Part shown: positions 9,865 to 18,516 of the stretch, piece after piece
Numbering within the stretch: position 1 is the stretch's first letter
Layout of the letters: each line of letters starts with the position of its first letter
Source: Anaeroplasmataceae bacterium
GTDB taxonomy: Bacteria; Bacillota_I; Bacilli_A; Acholeplasmatales; Anaeroplasmataceae
DNA: 51,848 nucleotides
Assembly: GCA_045599405.1 (NCBI GenBank)
Contig: JAZRVY010000097.1
Span: 1-51,848, forward strand
Direction: 5' to 3'
The notes under the pieces: generated by a model
What the model was told of the DNA's origin: nothing
Database searches by the model: none
Seen by the model: only the letters and a program-made list of their open reading frames with translations
Program-made: the position numbers and the translations under genes

Positions 9865-9940
9865 TGGTGCCGACTATAGGAATTGAACCCACAACCTACT
9901 GATTACAAGTCAGTTGCTCTACCGATTGAGCTAAGTCGGC
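9865..9940 (-). tRNA. tRNA-Thr (anticodon UGU)
   Basis: Reverse complement starts GCCGACTTAGCTCAATCGGTAGAGC, has the anticodon loop C-T-TGT-A-A in stem ACTGA/TCAGT, a T-arm GGTTCAATTCC, and ends in an encoded CCA. Confidence 0.9.
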
Positions 9941-9944
9941 ATAA

Positions 9945-10020
9945 TGGTGGAGGTTAACGGGCTCGAACCGCTGACCCTCTGCTTGTAAGGCAGATGCTCT
10001 CCCAACTGAGCTAAACCTCC
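9945..10020 (-). tRNA. tRNA-Val (anticodon UAC)
   Basis: Reverse complement starts GGAGGTTTAGCTCAGTTGGGAGAGC, has the anticodon loop C-T-TAC-A-A, a T-arm GGTTCGAGCCC, and ends in an encoded CCA. Confidence 0.9.
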
Positions 10021-10025
10021 AAAAC

Positions 10026-10102
10026 TGGCGCACCATAGAGGACTCGAACCCCTAACCTTTTGATCCGTAGTCAAACGATCTATCCAATTGATCTAATGGT
10101 GC
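10026..10102 (-). tRNA. tRNA-Arg (anticodon ACG)
   Basis: Reverse complement starts GCACCATTAGATCAATTGGATAGATC, has the anticodon loop C-T-ACG-G-A in stem TTTGA/TCAAA, a T-arm GGTTCGAGTCC, and ends in an encoded CCA. Confidence 0.88.
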
Positions 10103-10105
10103 AAG

Positions 10106-10181
10106 TGGCGGTTCGGACGGGACTTGAACCCGCGATCTCCAGTGTGACAGACTAGCATGTTAACCACTACACCACCGAACC
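10106..10181 (-). tRNA. tRNA-Asp (anticodon GUC)
   Basis: Reverse complement is GGTTCGGTGGTGTAGTGGTTAACATGCTAGTCTGTCACACTGGAGATCGCGGGTTCAAGTCCCGTCCGAACCGCCA, with the anticodon loop C-T-GTC-A-C. Confidence 0.9.
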
Positions 10182-10214
10182 ATGTTAATACCTTATTCAA
10201 TTTGCAGCAAAATT

Positions 10215-10243
10215 ATTATATCATAAGCACATATTGTATGCAA
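10215..10243 (-). promoter_or_regulatory. SigA-type promoter for the tRNA cluster (TTGCAT-N17-TGaTATAAT)
   Basis: Minus strand reads TTGCAT (10243..10238), a 17-nt spacer, then an extended -10 TGATATAAT (-10 hexamer 10220..10215), about 30 nt upstream of the 5' end of tRNA-Asp. Confidence 0.55.
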
Positions 10244-10251
10244 GTATTTTT

Positions 10252-10287
10252 TTCAAAAAGAAAAAGCCCTATCGCTAGGGCTTTTTT
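10252..10287 (-). terminator. intrinsic (possibly bidirectional) terminator after the YegP-repeat gene
   Basis: Hairpin AGCCCTA-gcga-TAGGGCT flanked by an A-run and a T-run, immediately below the stop at 10291. Confidence 0.6.
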
Positions 10288-10290
10288 GTA

Positions 10291-11778
10291 TTATTCTTGC
10301 TCTTCTTCCTTCTCTTCCAGCTGTGCTAGCTTAGCATAAGACTTGATAGAAGCAATTGTATTATTTACTTGTGCCTTTGATGAATACATTTCTCCAGCAA
10401 CAACTAATCTCATTGCAGAATTATATAATCTAAATTGGAAGTTAGCATTCTTATCCTTAACAATTAGGAATTGTCCAGAATAGCATGCATCCTTAAATCT
10501 CTCTAGTGCTTCCTTACATGAAGATATAGATGAATAATCTTGGCTTGTTACAATCTTAACTCCGTTAGCTGCAACTAGTACATAAATGTATCCATGATCA
10601 TCCTTTTCAATTTCGAAATGTCCTGTATCCTTTTCCTCATAGTCTACATGAGCAATTTCTGTTGTAAGTCCACTCGAAGCCTCCTCATCAAATACAATAT
10701 TGTCAGTTCCAGCAAACTTCATAAATGACTCTGATGCTCCTTGAGCTGTAGCCTTAGAAGTGTATGAAGCAGATTGACATAAGATACGATTTTGCTTATT
10801 ACATAATGTAAAGAAATATAGATTATGCTTATCAGCATCTACCTTAATAATTCCATCAGTAAGATTTCTCTTAATTGTTTCAATACCATCACGGCATCCC
10901 TTTTCAGACATATAAGGTTCTGATACGATTAATGATTGACCATTTGATGCTTTTAATTGATATCTAAAGAATTCATTATCCTTAGTAATTACATACTTAC
11001 CTTGATATCTAGGTGCTTGTTGTTCCTCGGTAGCAGCAACAGCAGCAACTTCTTCTTTTGCTGGTTCATCTTCAGCAGTAGGTTCTTCTTCAGCAGGTTC
11101 TTCCTCTGGAGTCTCCTCTTGAGCTGGTTCTTCATCTAGTTCATCTTTCGATAATTCCTCTTTCTCTACAGGCTCTTCTTCTGGAGTTTCCTCTTGAGCT
11201 GGTTCCTCATCTAGTTCATCTTCCGATAATTCCTCTTCCTCTACAGGCTCTTCTTCTGGAGTTTCCTCTTGAACTGGTTCCTCATCTAGTTCATCTTCTG
11301 ATAATTCCTCTTCCTCTACAGGCTCTTCTTCTGGAGTTTCCTCTTGAACTGGTTCCTCATCTAGTTCATCTTCCGATAATTCCTCTTCCTCTACAAGCTC
11401 TTCCTCTGGAGTTTCCTCTTGAGCTGGTTCCTCATCTAGTTCATCTTCTGATAATTCCTCTTCCTCTACAGGCTCTTCTTCAGCTTCTTCTTCAGCTTCC
11501 TCTTGAGCAACTGGTTCTTCATCCTCTACAGGTTCTTCTTCAGCTTCCTCTTGAGCTGGCTCTTCATCCTCTACAGGCTCTTCTTCAGCTTCCTCTTCGT
11601 TAGCAATCTCCTCTTGTGTATCCTCTACAGGCTCCTCAACAGGCTTTGCGTTCTTCCCTTCATTTTTAATTTTATTATTAGATACAAATGCCATTACTAC
11701 AAAAGCTACTAATAATGCTCCTGCAATACCACATGCTATGTATCCAACTAATGCGTCAGCTAATAATATCATATTCAA
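10291..11778 (-). CDS. membrane-anchored polyacidic protein with four YegP/DUF1508-like repeats
   Basis: N-terminal TM helix (ILLADALVGYIACGIAGALLVAFVVMAFV). About 200 aa of E/P/D-rich repeats. Four C-terminal ~50-aa units of the DUF1508 pattern (FRYQLKASNGQSLIVSEPYMSEKGCRDGIETIK; YFFTLCNKQNRILCQSASYTSKATAQGASESF; YIYVLVAANGVKIVTSQDYSSISSCKEALERF; FQFRLYNSAMRLVVAGEMYSSKAQVNNTIASI). Confidence 0.8.
   Translation of the reverse strand: MNMILLADALVGYIACGIAGALLVAFVVMAFVSNNKIKNEGKNAKPVEEPVEDTQEEIANEEEAEEEPVEDEEPAQEEAEEEPVEDEEPVAQEEAEEEAEEEPVEEEELSEDELDEEPAQEETPEEELVEEEELSEDELDEEPVQEETPEEEPVEEEELSEDELDEEPVQEETPEEEPVEEEELSEDELDEEPAQEETPEEEPVEKEELSKDELDEEPAQEETPEEEPAEEEPTAEDEPAKEEVAAVAATEEQQAPRYQGKYVITKDNEFFRYQLKASNGQSLIVSEPYMSEKGCRDGIETIKRNLTDGIIKVDADKHNLYFFTLCNKQNRILCQSASYTSKATAQGASESFMKFAGTDNIVFDEEASSGLTTEIAHVDYEEKDTGHFEIEKDDHGYIYVLVAANGVKIVTSQDYSSISSCKEALERFKDACYSGQFLIVKDKNANFQFRLYNSAMRLVVAGEMYSSKAQVNNTIASIKSYAKLAQLEEKEEEQE
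11095..11475 (-). repeat. in-frame 75-bp tandem repeat, about 5 near-identical copies, encoding EELSEDELDEEPxQEETPEEEPVEE
   Basis: The marker string tt(c/t)(c/t)gataattcctc recurs at 11146, 11221, 11296, 11371 and 11446, an exact 75-nt period, with only a few substitutions between copies. Confidence 0.85.
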
Positions 11779-11852
11779 TTACCACCTTTTCTTTTTTAGT
11801 TAATATTATTATACATTGAAATTTATTTTTTTTAAACTTATATTTTATAAAT

Positions 11853-11880
11853 ATAAAAAAAGCTTGGAAAAACCAAGCTT
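11853..11880 (-). terminator. intrinsic terminator ending the aro operon
   Basis: Minus-strand hairpin AAGCTTGG-ttttt-CCAAGCTT followed by TTTTTTTATATTT, about 13 nt below the stop at 11894. Confidence 0.7.
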
Positions 11881-11893
11881 AATTCGAATTATT

Positions 11894-13225
11894 TTATGCT
11901 AAAACAGCATCTGCTCCCTTAACCTCTTTAACGATAGTTTGAGCAACTCTCTTACCATCAACCATTGATCTAACAACAGTGTCGGCACCACGAACGATAT
12001 CTCCTCCTGCATATACATCAGCAGCTGAAGTTTGATCATCTGTAGCTACAATATAGCCATGATCTTGAGCTAGTTCATTAGCCTCAATGAAATCCTTAGC
12101 TGGAGATTGTCCAATAGCTACGATAAAGTTATTGCACTCAAGCTCCTCATAAATTCCAGTTCCTTGTGGGCTTCTACGTCCAGATTCATCTGGCTCACCA
12201 AGCTCCATCTTTTCAACCTTAAGAGCCTTAATATGTCCGTTTTCATCCTTAATAACCTCTACTGGATTAGTTAAGAAATTAAATACTACACCTTCTTCAT
12301 CAGCCTCTTTCAATTCAACCTTTGAAGCAGGAGCCTCCTCTAGACTTCTACGATAAACAATCATAACCTCTGATCCGTCACCGATTCTAACAGCTGTTCT
12401 ACAAGCATCCATAGCTACGTTTCCAGCACCTACAACAATAGTACGTCCTGTAAGCTTAACCTCTTGTCCCATACCATAAGATACATAATTATTTACCTTC
12501 TTTAATAATGAGTTTGCATCAACAACACCAGCTGCATCCTCACCAGGAATTCTCATAGCCTTAGACTTTGTTAATCCTACTGATACAAATACCTTATTGT
12601 ATCCTTGAGCCTTAAGATCCTCAACCTTAACATCCTTCATATCTGAATTGAACTTAAATTCAACACCCATAGCCTCAATATTCTTGATATGCTCATTTAA
12701 AATCTTCTTTGGTAATCTATACTCAGGAATTCCATAAGCTGTAACTCCACCTGCGTAAGATTCACGCTCGAAAATTGTTGACTTAATTCCATTCTTTGCA
12801 AGCTCTAATGCACAAGAAAGTCCTGCTGGTCCAGCACCAATAATAGCTACCTTGTAGTTATCAACAAAGTTATCTACCTTCTTTAAAGGGAATTTAGCAT
12901 TGTCACCAACATATCTCTCAAGTCCTCCTACATTAATTGGATCTTGAGTCTTCATCTTATTTCTAATACAATTTCCAATACATTGCTTTTCATGAGCACA
13001 TACTCTAGAGCAAATTGGTGATAGATTTGTCATAGTAAAAATTAATTCATATGCATCATCTAATCTATCTTCCTTAATACACTTAATAAAATCAGGAATA
13101 GGAAGTCCTGCTGGACATCCCTTCTTACAAAATGGGTTCTTGCATTGTAAGCATCTATTTGCCTCTGCCATTGCCTCTTGTTTTGTCATTGTTCTTGTAA
13201 CTTCATTAAATCCGATCTTTCCCAT
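11894..13225 (-). CDS. GltD-family NAD(P)H-dependent FAD/Fe-S oxidoreductase (glutamate synthase small-subunit-like)
   Basis: N-terminal Cys clusters CLQCKNPFCKKGCPAG and CSRVCAHEKQCIGNC. Two dinucleotide folds (VAIIGAGPAGLSCALELA; IVVGAGNVAMDA). C-terminal VYAGGD motif. The physiological substrate cannot be assigned from sequence. Confidence 0.8.
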   Translation of the reverse strand: MGKIGFNEVTRTMTKQEAMAEANRCLQCKNPFCKKGCPAGLPIPDFIKCIKEDRLDDAYELIFTMTNLSPICSRVCAHEKQCIGNCIRNKMKTQDPINVGGLERYVGDNAKFPLKKVDNFVDNYKVAIIGAGPAGLSCALELAKNGIKSTIFERESYAGGVTAYGIPEYRLPKKILNEHIKNIEAMGVEFKFNSDMKDVKVEDLKAQGYNKVFVSVGLTKSKAMRIPGEDAAGVVDANSLLKKVNNYVSYGMGQEVKLTGRTIVVGAGNVAMDACRTAVRIGDGSEVMIVYRRSLEEAPASKVELKEADEEGVVFNFLTNPVEVIKDENGHIKALKVEKMELGEPDESGRRSPQGTGIYEELECNNFIVAIGQSPAKDFIEANELAQDHGYIVATDDQTSAADVYAGGDIVRGADTVVRSMVDGKRVAQTIVKEVKGADAVLA

Positions 13226-13234
13226 AAAATTCTC

Positions 13235-14224
13235 CTACTTATATGCTTTATTAATTAAATATTGATCTGCAAGTGCAATTGCTACACATGCCTCAAGTAC
13301 TACCATAGCTCTTAAGATAATAGCCGCATCATGTCTTCCTTCGATAAGAAGTGGTGCAACCTCACCCTTTTCAAAGCTATATGTTTCTTGGGCAATACCA
13401 ATTGAAGGTGTTGGCTTAACCATAACTCTAATTGTAATATCATTACCATTAGATATACCTCCATTAATACCACCATTATTGTTTGTCTTAGTAGTACCCT
13501 TTTCATCAATAATCATATCATTAAATTGACTACCTCTTAGCTTTGCTCCTTCAAATCCTATACCAAATTCTACTCCCTTAACTCCACCTACAGAGAAAAG
13601 TAAATGTGATATTGTTGATTCTAAAGAATCAAAATAAGGCTCACCAAGACCAACTGGAACTCCACTAGCCTTAATAGATACAATTCCACCAATACTATCA
13701 TGAGCCTCAACAACCTCATTTAGAATTTGTTGAAACTTAGATGTATCTGTTTCAGCACCTAGCTGAGCTAGCTTAGTTTCAATTTTGACATTATTAATAA
13801 TCTTTTTAGCTACTACTCCAGCCGCAACGAGACCAAGTGTTAATCTACCAGAGAAATGTCCTCCACCTCTATAGTCATTAAACTCATCATATTTTGTCTT
13901 TGCAGTAAAATCCGCATGGCTTGGACGTGGTTGCTTAACAAGATTAGAATAGTCCTTACTCTTTGTGTTTGTGTTTAAGAATCTAAGTAATATAGGAGCA
14001 CCTGTTGTGTACCCATTAAATACTCCTGTATCAATAATAACCTCATCAGGCTCAATTCTTGGTGTAGTACCAATTCCTCCTGATTTTCTTCTTTGTAGAT
14101 CCTTAGAAAAATCCTCAACAGCTAGTGGAATACCTGGCTTAACACCATCAAGTAATATTCCTACTCCACCACCATGAGATTCTCCAAAAATATTAATTTG
14201 AAATAAACGACCAATATGATTCAT
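13235..14224 (-). CDS. aroC: chorismate synthase
   Basis: FQINIFGESHGGGVGILLDG, RPSHADFTAKTKY, GGGHFSGR and IEGRHDA match chorismate synthase signatures. At 329 aa it is on the short side for the family. Confidence 0.9.
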   Translation of the reverse strand: MNHIGRLFQINIFGESHGGGVGILLDGVKPGIPLAVEDFSKDLQRRKSGGIGTTPRIEPDEVIIDTGVFNGYTTGAPILLRFLNTNTKSKDYSNLVKQPRPSHADFTAKTKYDEFNDYRGGGHFSGRLTLGLVAAGVVAKKIINNVKIETKLAQLGAETDTSKFQQILNEVVEAHDSIGGIVSIKASGVPVGLGEPYFDSLESTISHLLFSVGGVKGVEFGIGFEGAKLRGSQFNDMIIDEKGTTKTNNNGGINGGISNGNDITIRVMVKPTPSIGIAQETYSFEKGEVAPLLIEGRHDAAIILRAMVVLEACVAIALADQYLINKAYK

Positions 14225-14227
14225 ATA

Positions 14228-14995
14228 TTAAATCTCTCTTTCAATTTTTTTTACTAATTCAATAGTTTGTATAGGACATTTCTTATTTTGCCAAATTTCT
14301 TGGGCCTTAATAGCTTGTCCTACTAGCATAAATAATCCATTCATTTCTGAATTAGCATACTTTAATAATAAAGTTTGCTTTGGATTAAATATTATATCCA
14401 TAACATATTTAGCTTTTGAGGCTACAGCTTCACTAATAGGTGAAGCATTAGAGTTAGGATACATTCCAACCGGAGTTGCATTAACTATTACATCTATATT
14501 AGATTTCTCTAATGTACCGTAATCTATTGTATCATTATTTTTTGGATTTCGTGATACATATTTAACATTTCCACCTAAATCGACTAAAGCCTTATATAGT
14601 GCTAATGAGGCTCCACCAGTACCAAGTATGTAGCAATCCTTATTCTTAACCTCTACACCATAGTATACTGTTTCCTCATAGAATCCATAATAATCTGTAT
14701 TAAATCCTACTACCTTATTATCAATAACCGCAATAGTATTAACACTACCTATAGCCTTAGCTTCATCTGATATTTCATCAAGATATTGCATAACCTCTAT
14801 CTTATATGGAATAGTGACATTATATCCACTATATTCTCCTGTTCTAAGCTTATTAATTATCCCTGGAATTTCTTGCTTAGTACATTCTATTTTTTCATAA
14901 GATGCATCTATACCATAGGCTTTAAATATATTTTGATGGATAAGTGGAGAGCAGCTATGAGAAAGATGCTCACCTAATAATGCATATTTTTTCAT
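14228..14995 (-). CDS. aroE: shikimate dehydrogenase
   Basis: LSHSCSPLIHQN, YNVTIPYK, VNTI...GFNTDYYGF and ILGTGGAS match AroE substrate- and NADP-binding motifs. Confidence 0.88.
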   Translation of the reverse strand: MKKYALLGEHLSHSCSPLIHQNIFKAYGIDASYEKIECTKQEIPGIINKLRTGEYSGYNVTIPYKIEVMQYLDEISDEAKAIGSVNTIAVIDNKVVGFNTDYYGFYEETVYYGVEVKNKDCYILGTGGASLALYKALVDLGGNVKYVSRNPKNNDTIDYGTLEKSNIDVIVNATPVGMYPNSNASPISEAVASKAKYVMDIIFNPKQTLLLKYANSEMNGLFMLVGQAIKAQEIWQNKKCPIQTIELVKKIEREI

Positions 14996-15279
14996 TACTT
15001 ATTCTCCATTATTTTCTTTTGATAGCTTTTAGAAGAATCTAATACACCCTTCATAAATGTTAGGTAATATTCCTCTAGCTCCTTATCATTTAATAGCTCA
15101 AGATTTTTCTTAATTAATATACCCTCTCTAGATGAATCTAGTACAGGTAAATTATTTTCAATCTTATAGGCTACGACATTTTCAACTGCCTTCATTCTTT
15201 CTTTAAATAATTCAATCATTTTCTTATCAATTTCATTGATTGTTTCTCTTGCAAGGTCTAGCTTATTCTTCATACTCAA
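14995..15279 (-). CDS. chorismate mutase (AroQ class, stand-alone)
   Basis: 94-aa all-helical protein. LARETINEIDKKMIELFKERMKAVENVVAYK matches the AroQ helix-1 pattern (R..ID..D..L..L...R). It is embedded in the aro operon with overlapping start and stop codons. Confidence 0.8.
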   Translation of the reverse strand: MSMKNKLDLARETINEIDKKMIELFKERMKAVENVVAYKIENNLPVLDSSREGILIKKNLELLNDKELEEYYLTFMKGVLDSSKSYQKKIMENK

Positions 15280-16531
15280 CTATACCTCCAACACTTTCAA
15301 AATCCTTAAAGAAATGAGGATATGATTTCTTAATAGCTCCAGCATTTAAAATTTTAATTGGCTGGTCACAGCACATAGATGCTATAGCAAGTGCCATAAC
15401 AATTCTATGGTCATTATGGCTATCTAGCTCAAGTGAATGCTTGAAACTATCTACACCAATAATTAGCATATGGTCTCCTTCGTCTGTACATAAGGCTCCT
15501 AGCTTATTTAGCTCCTGTACCATACAAGAAACTCTATCACATTCCTTGATACGAAGTCTTTCAACATTTATAAACTTACTTTCACCCTCGCTTAGTGCAG
15601 CAAGAACAGTTAGGATTGGTCCTAGGTCTGGAGATTGTGCAAAATCAATAGTTGCAGCATGTGTATATACAGTATCTGCAAATAAGCTATCTCCCTTAAA
15701 ATATACCTTACCACCAAAATCAATTATATCTTGAATAATTTTCTTATCTCCTTGATAAGAATCCTTATTCATACACTTCATTTCAATATCAGCACCAAGT
15801 GTATTAGCTACAGCCCAGAACGCAACCTGTGAATAGTCACCCTCTACTGTGTAATCACAAGGCTTGAACTCTTGATTACCCTTAATAAAGAATTTAGTAT
15901 AATCAGTAGTTTCAATAACAATACCAAATTTCTTTAAAATATCCATAGTAAGATCAATATATCCCTTACTCTCTAGCTTAGTAGTAATTATAATTTCACT
16001 ATCTCCATCAAGCATAGGAAGTGCATATAATAATCCTGTAATAAATTGACTTGAAATATCTCCTCTTACATTAAATGTACCTGGCTTTAGACCATTATAT
16101 ACCTTCATAGGTAGATAATCATCTCCAACTTCATACCTTATACCTTGTAAATCAAATATTTCAGTAAATACATTTAAAGGTCTTTTAACTAAATTATTTT
16201 TTCCAGTGAATACAATTGGACTATCTACAGTAAGTGCGATTGGAATCATAAATCTAATTGTAGATCCCGATTCATTTGCACACATCTCTGATGAAACTCT
16301 CTTAGGCTTACTACCATTAATAACTAAATAATTATCAAATTCCTCGATAGTAGCACCAAGACCTCTCATACACTCAATAGTAGCCTTAATATCCTCTGAG
16401 AATATAATATTTTTAATTGTACTTTTACCCTCAGCTAATGCTGCAGCTATAATAGCTCTATGGGATAAGCTCTTTGAAGGAGGTATTACTACACTACCCT
16501 TTAGCTTATTTGGTGTTATAGTTACGTTCAT
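15263..16531 (-). CDS. aroA: 3-phosphoshikimate 1-carboxyvinyltransferase (EPSP synthase)
   Basis: PPSKSLSHRAIIAAALAEG, NESGSTIRFM, RIKECDR and HNDHRIVMA are EPSP synthase signatures. Confidence 0.92.
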   Translation of the reverse strand: MNVTITPNKLKGSVVIPPSKSLSHRAIIAAALAEGKSTIKNIIFSEDIKATIECMRGLGATIEEFDNYLVINGSKPKRVSSEMCANESGSTIRFMIPIALTVDSPIVFTGKNNLVKRPLNVFTEIFDLQGIRYEVGDDYLPMKVYNGLKPGTFNVRGDISSQFITGLLYALPMLDGDSEIIITTKLESKGYIDLTMDILKKFGIVIETTDYTKFFIKGNQEFKPCDYTVEGDYSQVAFWAVANTLGADIEMKCMNKDSYQGDKKIIQDIIDFGGKVYFKGDSLFADTVYTHAATIDFAQSPDLGPILTVLAALSEGESKFINVERLRIKECDRVSCMVQELNKLGALCTDEGDHMLIIGVDSFKHSLELDSHNDHRIVMALAIASMCCDQPIKILNAGAIKKSYPHFFKDFESVGGIVEYEE

Positions 16532-17560
16532 TTACATCAAATCCTTTATTTCGCTTTCTTTAATCTTATAAAGAATAGGCTCTCCTATATCCTTTATAAA
16601 GATAAATCTTATTTCACCAGCAAGGTTCTTTTTATCATAAGCCATATCTGGTAAATAATCCTTATAGTTATATTCCTTAAGTGGGAAATTATATTTAACT
16701 AATATATTCTTAATTAAATCATAGCATTCTGGGTTTGTTTGACCCATATCAATACCAAATTCAAGTGCCATCAGCATACCAATAGCCACAGCCTCACCAT
16801 GTCTATATCCATGCTTAAGCTCTATCGCATGTCCAAAAGTATGACCAAAGTTTAAGAACATCCTTTCCTTTTTGTCAAACTCATCAATCTCAACAACAGC
16901 TCTTTTAACCTTTAAAGATTCCTCAACTATTTCTTCTGTTATAGTAGTAACCCTGCTAGATACTAGCTCAAGAAGCTTTCTATTTCCAATAGCTCCATGC
17001 TTAATAAGCTCTCCCATACCATTAATAAATTCCTCCTTAGGTAAGGAATCTAATGTTTTAGGATCAATTAATACTCTAAGTGGTTGCTTAAATGCTCCTA
17101 TAATATTCTTTCTATTATAGAAATCAATACCAGTCTTACCACCAATAGATGAATCCATTTGTGATAATAATGATGTAGGCACTCCAATGTAATCAATTCC
17201 TCTATACATAGTGGCTGCAACAAATCCAGTTAAATCACCAATAACTCCACCACCTAAGGCTAATAACAATTGATTTCGTCTTACCTGAAGATCAATTAGC
17301 TTTTCACAAACCAACTTATATCCATCAAATGATTTAGAAGCCTCTCCAGCAGGAATCACAACGCTCTTTACATTAAAATCCTTAGACAATGCTGCCTCTA
17401 CCTTAGTTAGGTAGATAGGAGCTACATTACTATCTGTAATGATATATACCTCTTTATTTTTATAAACCTCTTTAACATAATCATTAATATGATTTAATAA
17501 TTCATTTTCAATGATAATATCATAAGAATGATTTGTTAAATTAATTTTCATCTTTCTCAT
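16532..17560 (-). CDS. aroB: 3-dehydroquinate synthase
   Basis: LALGGGVIGDLTGFVAATMYRGIDYIGVPTSLLSQMDSSIGGKTGI and NFGHTFGHAIE match AroB NAD- and metal-binding motifs. Its start overlaps the tyrA stop (TAATG). Confidence 0.92.
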   Translation of the reverse strand: MRKMKINLTNHSYDIIIENELLNHINDYVKEVYKNKEVYIITDSNVAPIYLTKVEAALSKDFNVKSVVIPAGEASKSFDGYKLVCEKLIDLQVRRNQLLLALGGGVIGDLTGFVAATMYRGIDYIGVPTSLLSQMDSSIGGKTGIDFYNRKNIIGAFKQPLRVLIDPKTLDSLPKEEFINGMGELIKHGAIGNRKLLELVSSRVTTITEEIVEESLKVKRAVVEIDEFDKKERMFLNFGHTFGHAIELKHGYRHGEAVAIGMLMALEFGIDMGQTNPECYDLIKNILVKYNFPLKEYNYKDYLPDMAYDKKNLAGEIRFIFIKDIGEPILYKIKESEIKDLM

Positions 17561-18390
17561 TATTTATCCATCTCACTTCTATGCTTTGTAGAATTAATAA
17601 ATATTTCCTTTAAAGCTTTCTCATCATTATTTACAAGTGAATTCTTAAGCCTATCAAGCTCATATTCAAATTCATTTATCATGCCAAGTAGCTTTTCTTT
17701 ATTTTCAAAGAATAGCTCACTCCATAAAACCTCGTTGATTCTAGCAATTCTAGTTAAATCTCTATATGAATCTCCAACATAATTCTTAGTATCTTGCATT
17801 CTATCACTATTAACTAGGCTAACAGCAATAGCATGTGTTAGCTGTGATGTATAGGCAATCATTTGATCATGCTTATGTGGATCCATAACAGTTATATTTC
17901 CAAACTCCAAATCTGTACCTATTTGCTTAATAATATCTACAGCCTCTTTAGTATTTTTTTCAGTAGGACACACTAAGAAATTAGCCTTCTTAAACATATC
18001 AGTATTTGCATATGTAATTCCGCTCTTTTCTCTACCAGCCATTGGATGATGTGATAAATACTCGCATGAAAGGCCTAAGCTTTGAGCCTCATATACAAAC
18101 GAAGTTTTAATACCACATAAATCTGTAATAATTTGATTACTATTAAATAGATCCTTATTTTCTCTTAAGAAATTCATTATTAATTTAGGATATAGTCCAA
18201 TAATAATTAAATCAGCCTTATTAATAAAATCCTTAGCATTATTACTTCCATCTACTATTAAATTATTCTTCTTGGCAAATTCAATACTATCAGGATTTGT
18301 ATCAACACCATAGACTGTGTATCCCTTTTGAGATAATCCCATTGCATATGAACCACCCATTAGTCCAAGACCAACAATTAATACCTTCAT
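17560..18390 (-). CDS. tyrA: prephenate dehydrogenase
   Basis: N-terminal Rossmann fold MKVLIVGLGLMGGSYA, a HPMAG catalytic block, and operon context. Likely start is at 18390, after GGTGA. The ORF-track start is 18402. Confidence 0.85.
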   Translation of the reverse strand: MKVLIVGLGLMGGSYAMGLSQKGYTVYGVDTNPDSIEFAKKNNLIVDGSNNAKDFINKADLIIIGLYPKLIMNFLRENKDLFNSNQIITDLCGIKTSFVYEAQSLGLSCEYLSHHPMAGREKSGITYANTDMFKKANFLVCPTEKNTKEAVDIIKQIGTDLEFGNITVMDPHKHDQMIAYTSQLTHAIAVSLVNSDRMQDTKNYVGDSYRDLTRIARINEVLWSELFFENKEKLLGMINEFEYELDRLKNSLVNNDEKALKEIFINSTKHRSEMDK

Positions 18391-18462
18391 AAATATCACC
18401 ATATCATAATAAAATTATATCATAAAGATATAATAATTTCATTATTAATTATTACTCTTTAT

Positions 18463-18503
18463 ACAAAATAAAAAGGATTATACTAATAAATAGTAATAAT
18501 CCT
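18463..18503 (-). terminator. intrinsic terminator ending the giant-protein operon
   Basis: Minus-strand hairpin AGGATTAT-(14-nt loop)-ATAATCCT followed by TTTTTATTTTG, about 13 nt below the stop at 18517. Confidence 0.55.
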
Positions 18504-18516
18504 CTTATTTAAAATA

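Noticed and set aside
9865-10181. The tRNA cluster, considered as a possible integration site for a mobile element, with the adjacent unusual YegP-repeat gene as cargo.
   Set aside because: I found no integrase or recombinase and no duplicated tRNA 3' fragment or direct repeat nearby. The neighbouring genes have their own ordinary promoters and terminators.
10157-10339. A 60-aa plus-strand ORF spanning the tRNA-Asp gene, the tRNA promoter and the terminator hairpin.
   Set aside because: It overlaps a well-supported tRNA and regulatory elements on the opposite strand. It has no ribosome-binding site and no recognisable protein features.
11095-11475. Regularly spaced 75-bp repeats, considered as a possible CRISPR array or minisatellite outside genes.
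   Set aside because: The copies are directly adjacent with no unique spacers. They are in frame inside a long ORF and encode a coherent 25-aa acidic unit. No cas genes are present.
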